From the NCBI GenBank assembly GCA_965263355.1, contig CBDHHL010000026.1, positions 1-64,000 of the forward strand: a stretch of 64,000 nucleotides of DNA, read 5' to 3'. The stretch is from Leptolyngbyaceae cyanobacterium (GTDB lineage Bacteria; Cyanobacteriota; Cyanobacteriia; Phormidesmidales; Phormidesmidaceae). Of the stretch, positions 37,425 through 46,603 are shown piece by piece (within the stretch, counting starts at the first letter, position 1; every line of letters begins with the position of its first letter). Both the position numbers and the translations under genes were made by a program. Below the pieces are notes generated by a model that did no database searches, was not told the DNA's origin, and was given only the letters and a program-made list of their open reading frames with translations.

Positions 37425-37833
37425 GTTGTGAACACACCCTACCTGGCTAAGCAAGAACTGGGCATCGACACCCATGTAGACTCGGTATTGAGCAAAGCCA
37501 AGGTAATTGTAGTAAGGCTGTTGGGGGGACGCAGCTACTAGAGCTATGGTTTAGAGCGTCTGCGGGAAAGCGCAAAATTTTACGGCATTAGCTTGGTGGT
37601 TTTACCAGGTGATGATCGCCCTGATCCGGCCCTCAGTAGTTTGGGTACAGTGCCCCTGACAGTGGTGGATAAACTCTGGCACTACTTTGTGGAAGGTGGT
37701 GCGGAAAACCTGGCTTACGGACTGCAATATCTAGCTCAAACCTGTTTGGATTATTCCTATGAGGTGTCTGAGCCGCAGGCTGTGCCGCAGGCTGTGCCGC
37801 AGTGGGGGGAGTATGGATGGGAGAGAGGGAGAG
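37425..37833 (+). pseudogene. cobN: Cobaltochelatase CobN N-terminal remnant
   Basis: IDTHVDSVLSKAKVIVVRLLGGRSY*SYGLE...LVVLPGDDRPDP...LWHYFVEGG; nonsense at 37539; cut by the IS. Confidence 0.85.
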
Positions 37834-39225
37834 CTGACAAGGGTAGATTTTTTAATTATTCTAGAGTCAGCGTCTTAAGATTAAAGCATTCCAACGGTGC
37901 CTCTTAGTGTCGTATCATGCCTCATCGCCCCCAGACTTACAAAGATTGGCTTCGAGTGGTGACTCGCAAACTGCCTCATTTGTCAAAACCTCAAGCCGTA
38001 GTACTGAGCATGTGGAGTTTTGGCATTGCGATTACTCAATGTAGTGGGTTCTCGACAGTGTCAGCGTTTTTGGTAGAACTGTTTGAACAGCCGGAAAATA
38101 CGGTGAGACAACGCTTGCGGGAATGGTATAAGAATTGTAGTGAGAAACGGGGACTTAAGCGGTCTGAGCTTGATGTTAGCGCTAGTTTTGTGCCCCTATT
38201 AAACTGGATTCTCAGCTGGTGACCGACAGGCGATAAACAGTTAGTCTTGGAGGCGGATGCGTCCACTCTGGGAGACCGTTTCACTGTGTTGTTGATAGCC
38301 GTTGTCTATCGAGGATGTGGCCTTCCGGTAGCCTGGAAAATTGTTGAAGCCACGGCTAAAGGGAGTTGGAAACCGCACTGGCTTCAAGCTATTCGCCCAG
38401 CTTGAAGCCGGTATACCAGCGGACTGGTTTGTCATGGTCACCACCGACCGAGGGTTATATGCTAAGTGATTCTATGAGGCGATTCAAGCATTGCACTGGC
38501 ATCCGTTTATGCGCATTAATCACCAAGGTCACTACCAAGTGACGCCGTCATACACGTTTGCCCCACTTAAAGCGGTGATCACTCAGGTGGGTCAGTCGTG
38601 GTCAGGAACGACGACATGTTTCAAGACCAATCCCTTGGAATGTACGCTGTTAGCCCGTTGGGATGAGGAATACCAGGATCCATGGCTGATTGTGACCGAT
38701 CTCGACCCCGACCAAGCAAATATCCTCTGGTACGGTCTGCGCAGTTGGATTGAAGGCTTATTCAAAGATATCAAGCGAGGCGGTTTCAAGTCGCACCTAA
38801 CCCGGATGCGTGCCCCACAACGTGTCGAACGACTATGGTTAGCCATCACGGTGGCGATGATTTGGTTAGTGAGTGTGGGTGGCCAGGCTAATGCCCAGTT
38901 AAGTTTTAGCAGCTTAGGGGCTTTGAGAACACCCCAGAATACGTCTGAAACTGATTCTCATCAGGCTTCTAAGGCGAATAAGGAGACTTTGGCAGAGCAA
39001 GCTTCGTTAGAGTGTCAAGGCTCTTCTCCGTCTACAGGAAACACTCAACCCGCCACGCATCCTCGTCATCTTAGTTGTTTCCGATGCGGCTTTTTAGTGC
39101 TATTAGCGACGATCTTTAAGGGAGACTCATTGCCGATTGGCCAATTTTTCCCAGATTTTTCAGTCGGGCCAAAACCCATACCTATCTTTAACTCTGGATG
39201 AATCTTAAAAAACTACCCTTGTAAG
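37834..39225 (+). mobile_element. IS4-family element
   Basis: Inverted ends CTGACAAGGGTAGATTTTTTAA / TTAAAAAACTACCCTTGTAAG. Confidence 0.8.
37917..39201 (+). pseudogene. IS4-family transposase with stops and a frameshift
   Basis: NTVRQRLREWY, DASTLGDRF, DRGLYA, PWLIVTDL, YGLRSWIEGLFKDIKRGG; TGA at 38220 and 38467. Confidence 0.85.
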
Positions 39226-39330
39226 CCCAACAAAATAACTGCAATCCCAGTGAAGCAAAGAGACAACCGACGTTGAAACATCCTAGGCATGTTTCTAAAT
39301 AGACTGCAGCCGTGCGCCATAATTTAAGAA

Positions 39331-39345
39331 TGATTATTATTTTCA
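39331..39345. promoter_or_regulatory. Zur/Fur-family box
   Basis: TGATTAT-T-ATTTTCA, 12/14 match to the 7-1-7 TGATAAT-N-ATTATCA. Confidence 0.65.
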
Positions 39346-39464
39346 TAAACTGCTATGCCAAAAGGCCAATCCCTATCTGTCAACAGACTTTCTTTGAGCT
39401 GGGGAAACGAATTTGTCTGGACAGGGTAGTATAGTAGGGGCAAGACGATGCGATCGCAAATCCT

Positions 39465-39686
39465 ATGCTTAACCAGCGCAATATACTAACGGCCCTCGGC
39501 TGCTCCGGCTCATTAGCTCTGGCCCTATCAATTGCTCAGCCAGCTATGGCCAGCCAGTCTGAGAATCACACAGCTGAAGACAATGGCATCACTAATCTGG
39601 TGCAAGCAGACTCCAATCCCATTACAGATGCGCTGGGATGCAGTTGTGCTCGTTGTTTATTAGGACAGCAACAGACCTCTATATAG
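39465..39686 (+). CDS. Small secreted protein with CxCxxC motif
   Basis: Signal peptide ending PAMA; LGCSCARC near the C-terminus. Confidence 0.75.
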   Translation: MLNQRNILTALGCSGSLALALSIAQPAMASQSENHTAEDNGITNLVQADSNPITDALGCSCARCLLGQQQTSI

Positions 39687-41244
39687 GCACCCCACTGGAT
39701 GCCAGGGTCAACCCAAATAAACCCAGCCCCAGCAATAGTATACAGCTTGCCCCTAAAATTCTTACCCACTGGGTGAGCCATTGTCGTCTTTTTCCTAGAC
39801 GACGATCAGTATACTGTCGTCCCATAATGGCCATCGCCCCAATCCAAGCCAGAGTGAGCGCCATTCCTGCAGAAATAGCCAACACCATGGCTACACTCGG
39901 CCACAACAGATTATTCGCCAAACCATAGAGCAAAACCAACAGGGCACCACTGCAGGGAACTGCACCAATGGCTAGAGATAACCATCCCCCGCCTTCACGA
40001 ACATCGCAGGTTAAGCAATTGCATAGCTGCTCAGCTCGCGGCTTGGGGCCTAAAACATGTTGGGTAAGGTTGGGCGATAAAACAAGCTCAGAAGCAACAG
40101 CATTATGGTGAGACTTTTTGGTCGCGTTTAGAGCTTGCCAGAGTAGCCAGGCTCCAATGGTTGCGATCGCGCCATAACTAAACAACTGCACTATCCGATA
40201 ATTATCAGGCGTACCGCCCCCTGCCTGACGCACTACGGTATCTGTGAGCACTACCACGGCAACAGCCGACAGCACATGGAAAATGGCAATACGCACTCCC
40301 ATAATCAGCCCCCGACGTAAACTGCCACCTTTCCCTATAAAGTAGGAAATAATCACTGCTTTGCCATGCCCCGGTCCCAAGGTATGAAGCACACCATAAC
40401 TAAATGCCATTAGCAGGCCCAACAGAAAAGCCCCCGTAGAACGCTGGCTATGCAAATTGTCCATTGCTTGGGTCAAAACTGCTGAAACTCTAATCGGCAA
40501 TGTTTTCCAAATCGGGCCAGGGGGTATAGACAAGGCGAATTTCCCAGATTCTGACTGATTGAACACGATATCCGTAGGGATGAGCACATAACTCACGTCC
40601 ACTGAGCGTGAGCCATCTACACGAAACAAGTTATAGCTGGCTGATTGTTGCTGCAACTGACCGGTCACTGAAACCGACGCAAATAAGCCAGGATCCTCGA
40701 TAGCAACGGCTGGTTCCACATAGATAATTTGATTGGGTGGCGGTGGCGGCACATGAATGCAAGCACCCACATAGGGAACCAACAAAAATTCAGTGATCCG
40801 TTGTTCTTGGTCCCAAGTCAATGGCAAAACATACCCCGAAAGATTAATCGGCTGTTCTTCCAAGTGAGGATTCGTAGACTGAGATTGTTCTAGCCAATAG
40901 GCTTGAGCCTGATCAACCTGAGTAAGAAGCCGATCAACATCTAACCCTTGAGCCTCAAGCTGACGCCGCAGCCGCTGCACTTCCTTAACCTCAAAAGCCT
41001 CAGCATCAAACTGATTTTGCTCAACCCACAGTCGCAAGCGGATCAACATAGATAAATCATAGGCTTGCTCAGTAGACAGATGCTCATAGGGATTCTGTAA
41101 CGTGGTGGTCTGGGGCTGTAGGTCCTCCCACGTAATCGCCTGCTGTGCAGCCAATGGTTCAGCACTGGCAAGCGCCAGATACGCTCCTACTAAAAATCCT
41201 AGGGCGTAGCGCCACCAGTCTCGACAACAAACTGAGTCACACAT
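39679..41244 (-). CDS. DUF3299 + RcnA/NiCoT-like transporter fusion
   Basis: ITWEDL, EFLLVPYVGACIHVPPPPPNQII, then YGVLHTLGPGHGK and GAVPCSGAL. Confidence 0.85.
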   Translation of the reverse strand: MCDSVCCRDWWRYALGFLVGAYLALASAEPLAAQQAITWEDLQPQTTTLQNPYEHLSTEQAYDLSMLIRLRLWVEQNQFDAEAFEVKEVQRLRRQLEAQGLDVDRLLTQVDQAQAYWLEQSQSTNPHLEEQPINLSGYVLPLTWDQEQRITEFLLVPYVGACIHVPPPPPNQIIYVEPAVAIEDPGLFASVSVTGQLQQQSASYNLFRVDGSRSVDVSYVLIPTDIVFNQSESGKFALSIPPGPIWKTLPIRVSAVLTQAMDNLHSQRSTGAFLLGLLMAFSYGVLHTLGPGHGKAVIISYFIGKGGSLRRGLIMGVRIAIFHVLSAVAVVVLTDTVVRQAGGGTPDNYRIVQLFSYGAIATIGAWLLWQALNATKKSHHNAVASELVLSPNLTQHVLGPKPRAEQLCNCLTCDVREGGGWLSLAIGAVPCSGALLVLLYGLANNLLWPSVAMVLAISAGMALTLAWIGAMAIMGRQYTDRRLGKRRQWLTQWVRILGASCILLLGLGLFGLTLASSGVPI

Positions 41245-41304
41245 AGAACAGGTCCATGACTAAAGCAGTCAGATAAATCTGCCCTCAGTATATTAACTAC
41301 CGAC

Positions 41305-41389
41305 TTAAACCACGTCCAAGTTGAAATCTGTAGGTTCTTTGGTTCTTTATTGGAAAAACGACCGTTCCAGACATGGATAAGGTTGATAC
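41305..41389 (-). repeat. Dispersed ~75-bp repeat, copy A
   Basis: Reverse complement of 56150-56225, with an internal GGTTCTTT duplication. Confidence 0.8.
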
Positions 41390-41761
41390 GGAAAAACTGT
41401 AGCTGTGTGGCAAGCCATCAACACAAAAGAAAAAAAGCTCCTGGCATTATGTCAGGAGCCTGTGCACTGTGCGAATCGAACACTGGATTTAACTAAGCCT
41501 TGTAGCAAAACCGCGATCTGAAAGTACGTTCTTTTGCTGGACTTGATAACAGTATGCCAACATCCCAAGGTTGAGCGTTTCCATCCAGGGAAACATAGCC
41601 AGTATTTTTTGCCAATATTGGAAACCCATAGTCTGTCGGATCACCAATAACTACTTACCATCAAAAGGTAGTGAACAACGTGCCAGTAACAGATTTCTGT
41701 CCACTCCATTGCAATTTTTCCCTAAACTTTGTCACCATCAGAAAAGGCATGGAGGAAATCG

Positions 41762-42379
41762 GTGACTAACTCTGTTCGCAGTAGTTTAATAGTGATCTTA
41801 ATAGCACCGTTCTTAGGCGGGCTACTGGTATTACCTGGTACAGCTCAAACTATCCCCCCATCATCCCCTTCAGAGAATGGACCTAGTGTAATCCCCCCAC
41901 CACCAACATCTTTACGTTTAGAGGGTGACCCAATCCCAGCCAAACTGCCTGCTTCAGAGCTTAGAAAATGGCCACCGCCTGCCGTTGAGCAGCCCGTAGA
42001 ATTAGTCTTGCAGCTCAACGAACGGCAACTTTATGTTTATCGAGGCGATGCTTTAGTAACGACGTTTCCTGTGGCCATTGGCAAAACGGGTTGGGAAACC
42101 CCCACAGGTAATTTTGAAGTCTCTTACATGCTAGAAAATCCAGGCTGGACCAACCCATTCACCGGAGAACTGATGCCGCCAGGCCCTGAAAATCCTCTGG
42201 GAGAACGCTGGATTGCCTTTTGGACCGATGGTCGCAATGAAATTGGGTTTCATGGCACGCCTAATCGTCATTCCATTGGTCAAGCAGTGTCCCACGGATG
42301 TGTCCGTCTCTATAACGAACACATCCGCGAACTGTATGAGCTAGTTACTCCTGGAACAGGGGTGACCGTGCTGCCCTGA
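41762..42379 (+). CDS. L,D-transpeptidase (YkuD)
   Basis: FPVAIGK..WETPTG, NPLGERWI, IGFHGT, SHGCVRL. Confidence 0.95.
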   Translation: MTNSVRSSLIVILIAPFLGGLLVLPGTAQTIPPSSPSENGPSVIPPPPTSLRLEGDPIPAKLPASELRKWPPPAVEQPVELVLQLNERQLYVYRGDALVTTFPVAIGKTGWETPTGNFEVSYMLENPGWTNPFTGELMPPGPENPLGERWIAFWTDGRNEIGFHGTPNRHSIGQAVSHGCVRLYNEHIRELYELVTPGTGVTVLP

Positions 42380-42403
42380 GAAGTGAGAAGGGCTCAGAAA
42401 ACA

Positions 42404-42922
42404 TTACCAAAGTCCCCTGGGGCTGTTATTGACAGGAGCACCACCATTACTCGGAGCATCAGTAGCCGGCTCTGATGCATCAGTCACTGGTGCAGTCTCA
42501 ACAGTTGATTCCTCAACCGTGTTATCCGTTGACGATTCTGGAGTAGCGGATTCTGGTAATCCTGTTGATGCTGGATTGTCGGGTGACTGCTCTAGAGGTG
42601 CATCCGGGATATCTGTAATATCTCCCGATGTCTCTGGAACTGCTGATTCTTCTGGCAATTCTGTTGATGTTGGCTCAACTGACTCAGGCAAATTATCAAT
42701 TGGCTCAACTGACTCAGGCACAACATCAGCTGGTTCTGGCTCTAGCTCAGGATTAGGGGTGGGGTCGGGTGCGCCTTCAAACTCTCCACCATCAGCAGGG
42801 GGAGTGGGGGTGGGGATGTCCTGGGCATAGGCGGGAGATAAGTGCCCCACTGCTAAACCGACCGTTGATACAATGGCTAACAATAGGCGAACCTTAGCAA
42901 ATCGAATTGAAGAAGTAGCCAT
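42404..42922 (-). CDS. Secreted Pro/Glu-rich hypothetical protein
   Basis: Signal AYA-Q, low complexity, ends SPRGLW. Confidence 0.7.
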   Translation of the reverse strand: MATSSIRFAKVRLLLAIVSTVGLAVGHLSPAYAQDIPTPTPPADGGEFEGAPDPTPNPELEPEPADVVPESVEPIDNLPESVEPTSTELPEESAVPETSGDITDIPDAPLEQSPDNPASTGLPESATPESSTDNTVEESTVETAPVTDASEPATDAPSNGGAPVNNSPRGLW

Positions 42923-42949
42923 AGTGCAGCTCCTGAAAAAACAAAATCG

Positions 42950-44005
42950 TCAAGATTTGGGTAAATCGATGGGATTGAGGTCACAAGTCAACTCACCATC
43001 CACCAAACGTCCCTGTTGCCATATGCCTGATTTTGAGGTGCCGTCAGCAAACGTGTATACGCCCTCGCCGTTACATTTATTAAACTCAAAATCACCGATA
43101 TAGCGATCGCTATTTTCTAGCATCCACACCCCCCGCCCACTAAATAGATCATTTTGAAACTCGCCCACATAGCGACGACCATTGTTAAAGGTAAAGGTGC
43201 CACAGCCATTGCGCTGGCCATTACGATAGTCACCATCGTAGCGATTACCATTGGAGTAAAGCATACTACCACGACCATCTGCCGGTTTACCCTCCTTAAA
43301 CGGACCATAAAATCGAGTGCCGTTTTGATAAACATGATCGGGGACTTGAGCAGTGATGGGCGTGACATCAGGCTCATCGCACAATGGCTGAATGGTAATC
43401 GTGCCATCAGGGGTGACAAACTTAGGTGACTTAGGGCGTAAGGCCAGGTAGAGGGCAGTAGTAGATAGAGCAATTGCTCCTACTATGATGGCCAATTGCG
43501 GCACAGTAGCCAATTTTGGCTCAGAAGTAGGCATTGCCTCCGGCTGTACTTGGGCAACAGGACTCTCTTGAGACCACTTAGCCGTAATCGATTGCGGTAA
43601 ATCAGACATTACAGCAGACCAGCCATCCAAACATGTGCCAGCTAAACAAGCATTGGTAAAGTTAGTATTGGCGATAATCGCATCTGACAAGTTTGCCTGG
43701 GCCAGATTAGCCTCAATAAAGTTACCGTCCTGTAAATTCGCTGTGGCCAAGCTTGCCCTTTGTAAGTTCGCATTGTTGGCATAAATACCACTCAGGTTCG
43801 CCTCAGTTAAGTCAGCACCCTCTAGATTTGCCCCAATTAAACAAGCCCGACTGAGATTTGCCTTACGCAGATTAATTCCCTGGAGGGGCTTTTCAAATAA
43901 ATAGGCCGATTCTAGGTCAGGACATTCATCAGGATGCTCAGAGCGCCAACGATTCCAAGCAGCTACACCCTGATCAATGAGTTCTAGATAATCTATCGTT
44001 ATCAT
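42950..44005 (-). CDS. Pentapeptide-repeat + TM + MORN-repeat protein
   Basis: GVAAWNRWR, ANLxx repeats, YxGxFxNGxxxGxG repeats. Confidence 0.9.
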   Translation of the reverse strand: MITIDYLELIDQGVAAWNRWRSEHPDECPDLESAYLFEKPLQGINLRKANLSRACLIGANLEGADLTEANLSGIYANNANLQRASLATANLQDGNFIEANLAQANLSDAIIANTNFTNACLAGTCLDGWSAVMSDLPQSITAKWSQESPVAQVQPEAMPTSEPKLATVPQLAIIVGAIALSTTALYLALRPKSPKFVTPDGTITIQPLCDEPDVTPITAQVPDHVYQNGTRFYGPFKEGKPADGRGSMLYSNGNRYDGDYRNGQRNGCGTFTFNNGRRYVGEFQNDLFSGRGVWMLENSDRYIGDFEFNKCNGEGVYTFADGTSKSGIWQQGRLVDGELTCDLNPIDLPKS

Positions 44006-44262
44006 GCCAGCTTCAATGCACGGTTAAAAAAGTTCGAAACCAGAGGATCATATTCCTACAAATACCATTACTGTAAAAGTTCTCCATCCCTTGCAAGCCA
44101 TAGAAGGACGCATGTGTAAACTGTCACATCAGCTATACAGTCTGTTCAAGTAATAAAAAACGCCGCTGCTACAGAGCTACGACGTTTGCTTAACTGAACA
44201 TGCATCCACAGTCGTCTCTTGGATAGGCTATTGATCACATATCCGTCTCAGTACGTTGCCCC

Positions 44263-45753
44263 CTAGGCTTCCACCCAGACAGAGACAGAGCCGCCGTTAC
44301 ACTGAAATTCGGCCCAACCCCATTCATTAGTTGTAATTGGGGTATTGATATGCTCGGTCAAATCATAAAACTGGGTGTTCGCCTTACCCACTTCCATCCA
44401 TTTAGTGCCAGCAGCACCATCACTCATAATCACCGCCATTGCCTGCGGATGCTGCCCATCGCCGAGACGAGTCCAACCAATAGTATTGAAATGATCAAAG
44501 TAATCATATTGAGGGCCATAGGCAAAATGCTTACGGATATGCAAAAACTTATCGATCAGCCAGCGGTGGGAATGTAGCACGATAGAATACTTGTTACCAT
44601 CTTTACCATAGTCTTCGTATTGAGCACCATAGTAGTCAGCATAGAAAACACAGGGGTATCCTTCTGCACGCAGCAAGATCAACGCGTAGGCTAACGGCTT
44701 AAACCAAGCCTCAACCGGTGCTTCCAGAGCCTGTAATGGCTGAGAGTCATGGTTTTCTACAAACGTCACAGCATGGGTAGGACGGGTTTGCACCATGGTC
44801 CCATCCAAAATCTTTCTCATGTCGTAATTTCCACTGGCCTTGCTCGCGTAGTGGAAATTGTAGTGCAACGGCACGTCAAACACAGACATACGACCTTGAA
44901 CAGTATCTACATACCACTGCAGAGTACCTAAATCGTTGTACCAGTACTCTCCGACCATAAACAGATCTTTTTGAGCATGATGCTCCAGAGCATCGATCCA
45001 GAGGGGAAAATACCAGGCAGAAATATGTTTAATAGCATCTAGCCGAAAACCATCCACACCAGTTTGGTCTAGATACCACTTTCCCCAGTTTTCAATTTCT
45101 TTTTGTACATCAACATTTTGGAAATCTACATCGGCCCCCATCAGATAGGCAAAATTACCTTTCTCTAATGCTACCCAGTCATCAAAAGCCTTACCTTCAA
45201 AGAGATACACCGTATTGTCTTCTTTGGTGTAATCATCGTAGTCCACGGCATCAAAGTGCCACCAGTGCCATTCAAAATCAGAATATTGCTTGCTCCCGTC
45301 TGGCAAACTCCGCCCTGGAAAGGTGAAGTGAGTATAGGCATTCACGTCCTTCTGCCAACCTTTTGGATTTAACCGATCATTTTGCCAAAAGGGTGTGGCT
45401 TTAACGACTTCTGTTTGGTTGCCTCCCATACGATGGTTGAGTACACCATCCGCATAAACTTGAATACCACTCGATTGGAGGGTTTTGATAGCAGTTACAT
45501 ACTGCTCTCGGGTGCCGTATTTAGTCGGTTTTGAGCCACATTGGTCAAATTCGCCTAAATCATACATATCGTAGACGGCATATCCGACATCGTAGCCACC
45601 CCCCATCCCTTTATAAGCTGGGGGTAACCATATAGCAGTAAATCCCGCACCTGCTAGTTCCTTAGCAAGAGTATTGACTTGATTCCATAGGTTGCCATCA
45701 CTTGGCACATACCAATGAAAATACTGCATCATCACACCGTTTAGTGCAGACAT
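44263..45753 (-). CDS. Alpha-amylase (GH13)
   Basis: MMQYFHWY, LNH, DGFRLDAIKH, VGEYW, FVENHD. Confidence 0.95.
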   Translation of the reverse strand: MSALNGVMMQYFHWYVPSDGNLWNQVNTLAKELAGAGFTAIWLPPAYKGMGGGYDVGYAVYDMYDLGEFDQCGSKPTKYGTREQYVTAIKTLQSSGIQVYADGVLNHRMGGNQTEVVKATPFWQNDRLNPKGWQKDVNAYTHFTFPGRSLPDGSKQYSDFEWHWWHFDAVDYDDYTKEDNTVYLFEGKAFDDWVALEKGNFAYLMGADVDFQNVDVQKEIENWGKWYLDQTGVDGFRLDAIKHISAWYFPLWIDALEHHAQKDLFMVGEYWYNDLGTLQWYVDTVQGRMSVFDVPLHYNFHYASKASGNYDMRKILDGTMVQTRPTHAVTFVENHDSQPLQALEAPVEAWFKPLAYALILLRAEGYPCVFYADYYGAQYEDYGKDGNKYSIVLHSHRWLIDKFLHIRKHFAYGPQYDYFDHFNTIGWTRLGDGQHPQAMAVIMSDGAAGTKWMEVGKANTQFYDLTEHINTPITTNEWGWAEFQCNGGSVSVWVEA

Positions 45754-45917
45754 CTATGACAACTCCTTCGAATAGCAGATGAGTAGACAAAAACTGAACT
45801 CAGGATTCAGTTAATCAATCGAGACCGTACTTAACAATGACATTAAGCACCCAAAACTGTAAGCATATCTGCAATTTAGGTAACCGATCTAACAGCCATC
45901 TGTCTCAAGAAGCAATA

Positions 45918-46508
45918 TCATACAACCACTTGAGCCATCACCGTCACTGCGATAATGTCAGGGAGTGTTGGCAGTGGTTCAAACTTCCAGCCCAGTCGAG
46001 CTTGATAATCATTCATCATTGTCAAAAATCCTAACCCTGACTGAGTGGATGTGTTGTCCTTAGCGCTAGCCTCTACTTGCTGTATGTAGAGTTCCTGGGG
46101 ATCAGATCCTAAAAGTTCTTTGATAAAGGACTGGAATACCTCAGCTTGAGCTTTATCGACACTGTTAGTGGCAAATATTACGGCGACTAGTTCTGGATTC
46201 TCTAGAAAGTAAATGCCTAGTTTGACTTGATGAGAAGCTGCTTCTAAATTAAATTTCACGGCATTCTCGATTAGCTCATTAGCAACATAGCTAATTGAGC
46301 CTTGGGCTTCCTTAATCCGCTGTTCCTCTTCAGGATTATTCTCATCCAAGGGTAAAAAGTTGATAAAACAATTAGCTAAAAAGTGAGCTGATAAACGTTG
46401 ATTTTTCCAGAGATTTTTGATGTCCTCCGATGAAGAGGTAAAACTAAGTTCTAAGGAATCTCGATCAGGTGGAAGAATATCAATATAGTCACCAAAGATC
46501 TGATACAT
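45918..46508 (-). CDS. Slr1658-like HATPase/serine-kinase regulator
   Basis: NELIENAVKF N-box, SGLGFLTM G-box. Confidence 0.8.
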   Translation of the reverse strand: MYQIFGDYIDILPPDRDSLELSFTSSSEDIKNLWKNQRLSAHFLANCFINFLPLDENNPEEEQRIKEAQGSISYVANELIENAVKFNLEAASHQVKLGIYFLENPELVAVIFATNSVDKAQAEVFQSFIKELLGSDPQELYIQQVEASAKDNTSTQSGLGFLTMMNDYQARLGWKFEPLPTLPDIIAVTVMAQVVV

Positions 46509-46603
46509 CCGATTTTCTCCTAGAACGTCGATTGTGTCATGGGCCGTCAGGGAAATCTTTGGCTAAATTTACGTCACAAGATTTTATAGGAAGTTGGACA
46601 AAA

